This document shows positions 59,089-64,000 of a DNA stretch of 64,000 nucleotides, piece after piece. Source of the stretch: an uncultured Clostridia bacterium (GTDB taxonomy: Bacteria; Acidobacteriota; Blastocatellia; UBA7656); contig CAZJQQ010000003.1 in the NCBI GenBank assembly GCA_964548075.1, forward strand, positions 71,254 to 135,253, read 5' to 3'. Below the pieces are notes generated by a model. It searched no databases. It had not been told where the DNA came from and saw only the letters and a list, made by a program, of their open reading frames with translations. Both the position numbers and the translations under genes were made by a program. Positions within the stretch are counted from its first letter, which is position 1. Each line of letters begins with the position of its first letter.

Positions 59089-59958
59089 ATGTACCTTGAG
59101 TATTACGGTCTGAAGGAAATGCCCTTTGGGCTTACGCCAGACCCCAGATACATATTCAAGACCGAGAGCCACCTTGAAATGCTGGCGACGGTCCGCTACG
59201 CCATCGAGCACAACAAAGGGCTCGTGGTGGTAACGGGCGAGGTCGGCACAGGCAAGACGACGACTCTGCGCGCGGTGCTTCAGCAGTTCAGTGACGAGGT
59301 GCTGAGCGTATACATCTTCAATCCTTTCCTTACCGCGTCGGAATTCTTCGAGCAGTTGGCCCACGAGTTTGAGCTTGACCTCCCAAAGAAGGTTTCGAAG
59401 CCCGAGATGCTGGCGGCGCTCGGGCAATTGCTCGCAACGCGCCATTCACAGGGGCTGCGCACGGTGCTGATTGTCGACGAAGCGCATGGCTTGCCCACAG
59501 CACTGCTTGAAGAGATCCGGCTGCTTTTGAACTTCGAGACGAGCAGCGAAAAGCTCTTGCAGGTGATCTTGTCCGGGCAGCCCGAGCTGCACGAAGTATT
59601 GAACCGGCCCGCGCTTCGCCAGCTCAAACAGCGGATTTCGCTGCGCTGCCAGATCAAACCACTCAGCGTGTTCGAGATCAACAAGTACATCCGCTTCCGG
59701 CTGAAACAAGCGGGCGCAGCCAACGTGAACCTGTTCGACAATGGAGCTATCGGCCTGATCGGCAACGTGTCGCAAGGGATTCCGCGGGTTGTAAATAACA
59801 TCTGTGACAACGCGCTGTTGTACGGCTACGCAAGCGGAGCCGAAGCGATCACTCGAGACATCATCGAAGAGGTGATCGAAGCGCTCGACCTGTCCCCGAA
59901 CAGTTTGAGGAGCAACGCGTCGTCGAGATTTGATGACGAAGTCAGTTCGGGTGTGTAA
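59089..59958 (+). CDS. ExeA/GspA-like AAA ATPase (PEP-CTERM-locus type)
   Basis: Y.EYYGL...PF..TPDP, GEVGTGKT, IVDEAH, GQPEL, QL.QRI, GIPR..N. Confidence 0.92.
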   Translation: MYLEYYGLKEMPFGLTPDPRYIFKTESHLEMLATVRYAIEHNKGLVVVTGEVGTGKTTTLRAVLQQFSDEVLSVYIFNPFLTASEFFEQLAHEFELDLPKKVSKPEMLAALGQLLATRHSQGLRTVLIVDEAHGLPTALLEEIRLLLNFETSSEKLLQVILSGQPELHEVLNRPALRQLKQRISLRCQIKPLSVFEINKYIRFRLKQAGAANVNLFDNGAIGLIGNVSQGIPRVVNNICDNALLYGYASGAEAITRDIIEEVIEALDLSPNSLRSNASSRFDDEVSSGV

Positions 59959-59962
59959 AGCC

Positions 59963-60069
59963 GGAGCAACTCCTCTGCGCCCTCGGCCTCCTCTGCGGTT
60001 GATCCTCAACGCTGATCCAGAAAACCTATAAGGACGCCGAGGACGCCGAGGGCGCAGAGGAGTTGCTCC
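59963..60069. repeat. CTCTGCG family copy 3, long hairpin
   Basis: ggagcaactcctctgcgccctcggc / gccgagggcgcagaggagttgctcc. Confidence 0.85.
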
Positions 60070-60099
60070 GTCTGTTCCTGGGGTCCTGGGAGATAGGCT

Positions 60100-60855
60100 A
60101 TGGGAATCATTGGTGGTCATCTCGGGTTTAAGCTGCTCAAGTCCATTTCACAGGATGGCGTTACTACCTGGATGGACGGCAGCGCTTACCAGGAGAAAAG
60201 CAAGCTTGATGTTTTGCTGGGGCCGGAATTCATCCGCTCGATCAAGGGCCGCTCCGTAATTGACTTTGGCTGCGGAACTGGCAGCGAAGCGGTGGAGTTG
60301 GCCCAACGTGGAGCAGGCAGGGTCATTGGGATTGATATCCACGAAGGCAACGCCAATGCAGCTCGGGAGTTGGCCGAGCGCGAAGGAGTCGGTGATATTT
60401 GTACCTTCGCCGGCAGCACCACGGAGCGTGCGGACGTTATCGTGAGCATCGATGCGTTTGAACACTTCAGCGATCCCGCTGCGATTCTTGAAACGATGCG
60501 CAATCTGCTCAAACCGGACGGCTGCGTGTTCGCTGCGTTTGGGCCCACTTGGTATCACCCGCTTGGAGGGCATAGCTTGTGCGTGTTTCCGTGGGCGCAT
60601 TTCGTGTTCACCGAGCGAGCGTTGCTTCGGTGGCGCAACAGCCTCAAACAGCAACGGGATAATGCAACGCGATTCAGCGATGAAGGACTGAATCAGATGA
60701 CGATCCGAAGGTTTGAGCGGCTCGTCGAGCAAAGCCCGTTTCAGTTTGCAGAGCTCAATCTAATACCCATCCGCAAACTTCGGCTGATAGCGAACCGGCT
60801 GACGCGCGAAGTAACGACGTCAGTAGTGCGATGCAAGCTGATTCCGAGGCGATGA
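60100..60855 (+). CDS. Class I SAM-dependent methyltransferase
   Basis: VIDFGCGTG, GIDI, FEH..DP, LKPDG. Confidence 0.9.
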   Translation: MGIIGGHLGFKLLKSISQDGVTTWMDGSAYQEKSKLDVLLGPEFIRSIKGRSVIDFGCGTGSEAVELAQRGAGRVIGIDIHEGNANAARELAEREGVGDICTFAGSTTERADVIVSIDAFEHFSDPAAILETMRNLLKPDGCVFAAFGPTWYHPLGGHSLCVFPWAHFVFTERALLRWRNSLKQQRDNATRFSDEGLNQMTIRRFERLVEQSPFQFAELNLIPIRKLRLIANRLTREVTTSVVRCKLIPRR

Positions 60856-60915
60856 GTCACTCGATCAGGCTCACCCAAAACTCTGATGAAGTTCAGACAA
60901 TCCCAGCAACGCAGA

Positions 60916-61455
60916 CTAGAAGTACCGAGCCATCGCATCGTCCCACTTGTCCTGAGCCTTTAGAATAAACTCGATCACTTCGCGGACTGCGCCCCGTCCT
61001 CCTCCGCGCGTTGTCACAAAGTGTGAGTGCTGTTTCGTTTCTTCAACCGCGTCCGCGACCGCAACGCCGAGCCCCGACCGACGCAACAGAGGTATGTCGA
61101 CTACGTCGTCGCCCACGTAGCAGACTTCTTCATCCAGCAATCCCTCTTCGGCGAGTACCTTCTCGTAAGGTTCCGTCTTCACCCAGGCCATCTCGTAGAG
61201 GTGCGCGACGCCAAGCTCCTTAGCGCGGGCTCTGACGACCGACGACTTGCGCCCGGAGATGATCGCTACGCGCAAACCCGCGCGCTGAGCCATCACGATC
61301 CCGTGGCCGTCCTTGACGTCGAATGCTTTGGTCTCGTCGCTGTCGGGCAGCATTATGATTCGCCCGTCGGTGAGCACGCCGTCGCAATCAAGGATAAGCA
61401 GCTTGATCCTGCGTGCGCGTTCGATGATGTCTTGATCTGCGTCGATCACTCTCAC
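60916..61455 (-). CDS. kdsC: KDO-8-phosphate phosphatase
   Basis: LDCDGVLTDG, FDVKDG.GI, YVGDD..D, GG.GAVRE. Confidence 0.92.
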   Translation of the reverse strand: MRVIDADQDIIERARRIKLLILDCDGVLTDGRIIMLPDSDETKAFDVKDGHGIVMAQRAGLRVAIISGRKSSVVRARAKELGVAHLYEMAWVKTEPYEKVLAEEGLLDEEVCYVGDDVVDIPLLRRSGLGVAVADAVEETKQHSHFVTTRGGGRGAVREVIEFILKAQDKWDDAMARYF

Positions 61456-61458
61456 TCC

Positions 61459-62124
61459 TCAAAAGTAGACTTCTTTCAGTTGATCGAACCGGTCGATCAT
61501 CACATCGGGTTCGCTTAGGCGCAACTGCTCCGCCGTGCGAAATCCAAAAGTGACGCCGCAAGTCCGAGCCCCTGCGCGGCGGCCGGCGTTGATATCGTTC
61601 TCGCTGTCGCCGACCATCACTGCATCGGCAGCCGGCCCGCCCAGCAATCGTATCGCTTCAAGCACCGGCCTCGGATCGGGCTTGCGAGCCGGAGTAGTAT
61701 CACCCCCGACGATCGCGTCGAAATAACACGCGATGTCGAAGTGGTCGAGGATGATCTTCGTGAAGCGAACTTCCTTGCTTGTGACGACGGCCTTTAGTTT
61801 GTTGCCGAACGAAGCGAGCGTCTCGGCGACTTGCGGATACAGCCGTGTGGTCTTGAGCATCCCTTCCGCATAGTGACTGTGCATCAGAGTGATGCCTTTC
61901 GCGTGGAGAGCCTCTTCCGGCGGCTGGTGATTCGGATCAGTGGCAGTAAGACAACGGTGGACCAGCACGCGAACCCCGTCGCCGACGAACCCGCCGACCA
62001 CTGCTTCATCGAGCGGCGGACGATCGAGATCGGCGAGCGTCAGGTTGATCGAGTTTGCGAGGTCAGTCTTCGAGTCAATGAGCGTGCCATCGAGATCGAA
62101 GAGCATCAGGCAGACGGGCAACAT
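61459..62124 (-). CDS. HAD phosphatase (phosphoglycolate phosphatase-like)
   Basis: FDLDGTL.DS, RKPDP, MVGDS.ND. Confidence 0.9.
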   Translation of the reverse strand: MLPVCLMLFDLDGTLIDSKTDLANSINLTLADLDRPPLDEAVVGGFVGDGVRVLVHRCLTATDPNHQPPEEALHAKGITLMHSHYAEGMLKTTRLYPQVAETLASFGNKLKAVVTSKEVRFTKIILDHFDIACYFDAIVGGDTTPARKPDPRPVLEAIRLLGGPAADAVMVGDSENDINAGRRAGARTCGVTFGFRTAEQLRLSEPDVMIDRFDQLKEVYF

Positions 62125-62223
62125 AGCTGGGAGCGGAGGTGCAGAGGCGAAGAGGAGAGGCATTTGGCGGGTTGTTTCTCGCTGGCCCGCTCCCGTGCCC
62201 CTCGGCCCCTCTGCTCCTCCGCG

Positions 62224-64000
62224 TTATTCCTCCTCCTCTCTTAGCTTCGCCAGCACGCCAAAATCTTCGAGCGTCGTTGTGTCGCCTCGAACCTCGCTGC
62301 CCGATGCGATCTCTCGCAGCAACCGCCGCATAATCTTTCCGCTTCGCGTCTTGGGCAGCGCGTCGCTAAAGCGAATGTCGTCGGGCTTGGCGAGCGCGCC
62401 GATCTCTTTCGCAACCCAACGCCGCAGCTCTTCCTTCAGCTCACTGGAAGGCTCGTTCCCCAGCTCGAGCGTGACGAACGCCGCGATAGCCTGGCCTTTG
62501 ACCTCATCCGGTCGTGCGACGACCGCAGCCTCGGCCACCCTGGGATGGGCTACCAGAGCCGATTCCACCTCCATCGTCGAAAGCCGGTGACCCGACACGT
62601 TGATCACGTCGTCGACCCGGCCCATGATCCAGAAGTAGCCGTCCTCATCTTTTCTTGCGCCGTCGCCCGCGAAATACACGCCCGGTATGTCGGACCAGTA
62701 CTGACTCACGTAGCGCTCGGGATCGTTGAAGATCGTACGCAACATCGAGGGCCAGGGCCGCTTGATCACGAGGTAGCCCCCCGAGCCGGGCGGGACAGGC
62801 TCGCCCTGACGAGTCACTACATCGACGATCACGCCGGGGAACGGCCGTGTCGCGGAGCCGGGCTTGGTCGCGATCGCGCCGGGCAGCGGGGTGATCATTA
62901 TCATCCCGGTTTCCGTCTGCCACCAGGTGTCGACTATGGGGCAGCGCTCGCGGCCGATCACTTCGCGATACCACATCCACGCTTCGGGGTTGATAGGCTC
63001 GCCCACCGTGCCCAGCAGTCTCAGGCTGTTCATCTCGTAGCGCCGCGGCCAGCGCTCGCCCCACTTCATGAAAGCTCGAATCGCAGTCGGCGCGGTGTAG
63101 AACACATTCACCTTGTGCCGCTCGATCATCTGCCAGAATCGGTCCGGCTCGGGGTGATTGGGCGCGCCTTCATACATTACCGCGGTCGCGCCGTTTTGCA
63201 GAGGCCCGTACACGATGTAGCTGTGCCCGGTTACCCAGCCGATGTCCGCCGTGCACCAGAAGATGTCTTCGTCCTTCAGATCGAACACCCACTTCGCGGT
63301 GATGTAAGTTCCGACCGAGTAGCCGCCGGTCGTGTGCACGACGCCCTTCGGCTTACCGGTGCTGCCCGAAGTGTAGAGGATGTACAGCGGATGCTCGGCG
63401 TCGAGCGGTTCGGCTTCGCAATTGTCCGAAGCGTCGGCCATCAGATCGTGCCACCAATGATCGCGGCCCCATTCCATTTTGGTTTCTGAGCCGGTGCGCT
63501 TGAAAACGATGACTGTCTTGACCGAAGGACAACCCGGCAGCGCTTCGTCGACGGTTGCTTTGAGAGGGATCTCCGCGCCGCGCCGGTAAGAACCGTCCTG
63601 AGTGATGACCGCTTTGCACTGTGCGTCGTTGATGCGATCCACAAGCGCGTTCGCCGAGAAGCCGCCGAAGACAACCGAGTGAGCCGCGCCAATCCGCGCG
63701 CACGCGAGCATCGCGATCGGCAACTCGGGAGTCATACCCATGTAGATCGCAACGGTGTCGCCCTTCTGAATCCCGAGCGACTTCAACACGTTTGCGAACT
63801 TCGATACTTCGGTGAGCAGTTGTTGATAGGTGAAGGTCCGGACTTCGCCGGGCTCGCCTTCCCAGATGATGGCGGCCTTGTTTCTGCGCCAGGTGACGAC
63901 GTGCCGGTCGAGACAGTTGTAAGAGATGTTGATCTGCCCGCCGACGAACCACTTGGCCCAGGGTGATTCCCAGTCGAGTACTTTATCCCACTTGCGAAAC
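62224..64000 (-). CDS. acs: Acetyl-CoA synthetase, 5'-truncated by the window end
   Basis: [42 protein letters not shown]; frame stays open to the window edge. Confidence 0.97.
   Translation of the reverse strand, partial: FRKWDKVLDWESPWAKWFVGGQINISYNCLDRHVVTWRRNKAAIIWEGEPGEVRTFTYQQLLTEVSKFANVLKSLGIQKGDTVAIYMGMTPELPIAMLACARIGAAHSVVFGGFSANALVDRINDAQCKAVITQDGSYRRGAEIPLKATVDEALPGCPSVKTVIVFKRTGSETKMEWGRDHWWHDLMADASDNCEAEPLDAEHPLYILYTSGSTGKPKGVVHTTGGYSVGTYITAKWVFDLKDEDIFWCTADIGWVTGHSYIVYGPLQNGATAVMYEGAPNHPEPDRFWQMIERHKVNVFYTAPTAIRAFMKWGERWPRRYEMNSLRLLGTVGEPINPEAWMWYREVIGRERCPIVDTWWQTETGMIMITPLPGAIATKPGSATRPFPGVIVDVVTRQGEPVPPGSGGYLVIKRPWPSMLRTIFNDPERYVSQYWSDIPGVYFAGDGARKDEDGYFWIMGRVDDVINVSGHRLSTMEVESALVAHPRVAEAAVVARPDEVKGQAIAAFVTLELGNEPSSELKEELRRWVAKEIGALAKPDDIRFSDALPKTRSGKIMRRLLREIASGSEVRGDTTTLEDFGVLAKLREEEE

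Noticed and set aside
62125-62222. N-terminal extension MPLLFASAPPLPA of the HAD phosphatase
   Set aside because: It derives from a purine/pyrimidine-rich imperfect palindrome; the later ATG at 62124 fits the HAD motif position better
1-64000. CRISPR array or cas genes
   Set aside because: Repeats are inverted doublets or 8-9-bp tandems; there are no regularly spaced direct repeats with unique spacers and no cas-like ORF
1-64000. tRNA, rRNA or riboswitch
   Set aside because: No recognisable cloverleaf or conserved RNA motif by eye; a covariance search was not possible

Overview
GC-rich bacterial DNA, probably from an Acidobacterium (inferred from the TonB-receptor C-terminus type, a BACON protein and the REP repertoire). 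From left to right: (i) 0.2-5 kb holds a TonB-receptor remnant, a TIR-transmembrane gene, dihydropyrimidinase and a lower-GC three-gene island (COMM-domain-like protein, DUF5678-like protein, retropepsin-like protease). (ii) 5-25 kb is a co-directional run of about ten mostly exported alpha/beta hydrolases plus a PQQ dehydrogenase and IorAB-type molybdoenzyme genes. (iii) An orphan higA keeps only the last codons of its higB. (iv) 26-61 kb is a large Wzx/Wzy exopolysaccharide locus of PEP-CTERM/XrtA-associated type, with many tailoring enzymes, two kinase homologues with degenerate catalytic motifs, and a decayed integron-cassette array (three attC-like sites, no integrase) at 33.9-36.1 kb. 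(v) kdsC, a HAD phosphatase and the 3' part of acs close the window. Intergenic DNA carries many REP/REPIN-like palindrome families, some nested in each other and some translated inside genes. No rRNA, tRNA, CRISPR array, transposase or integrase was seen. All family calls come from motif recognition by eye, not from database searches.
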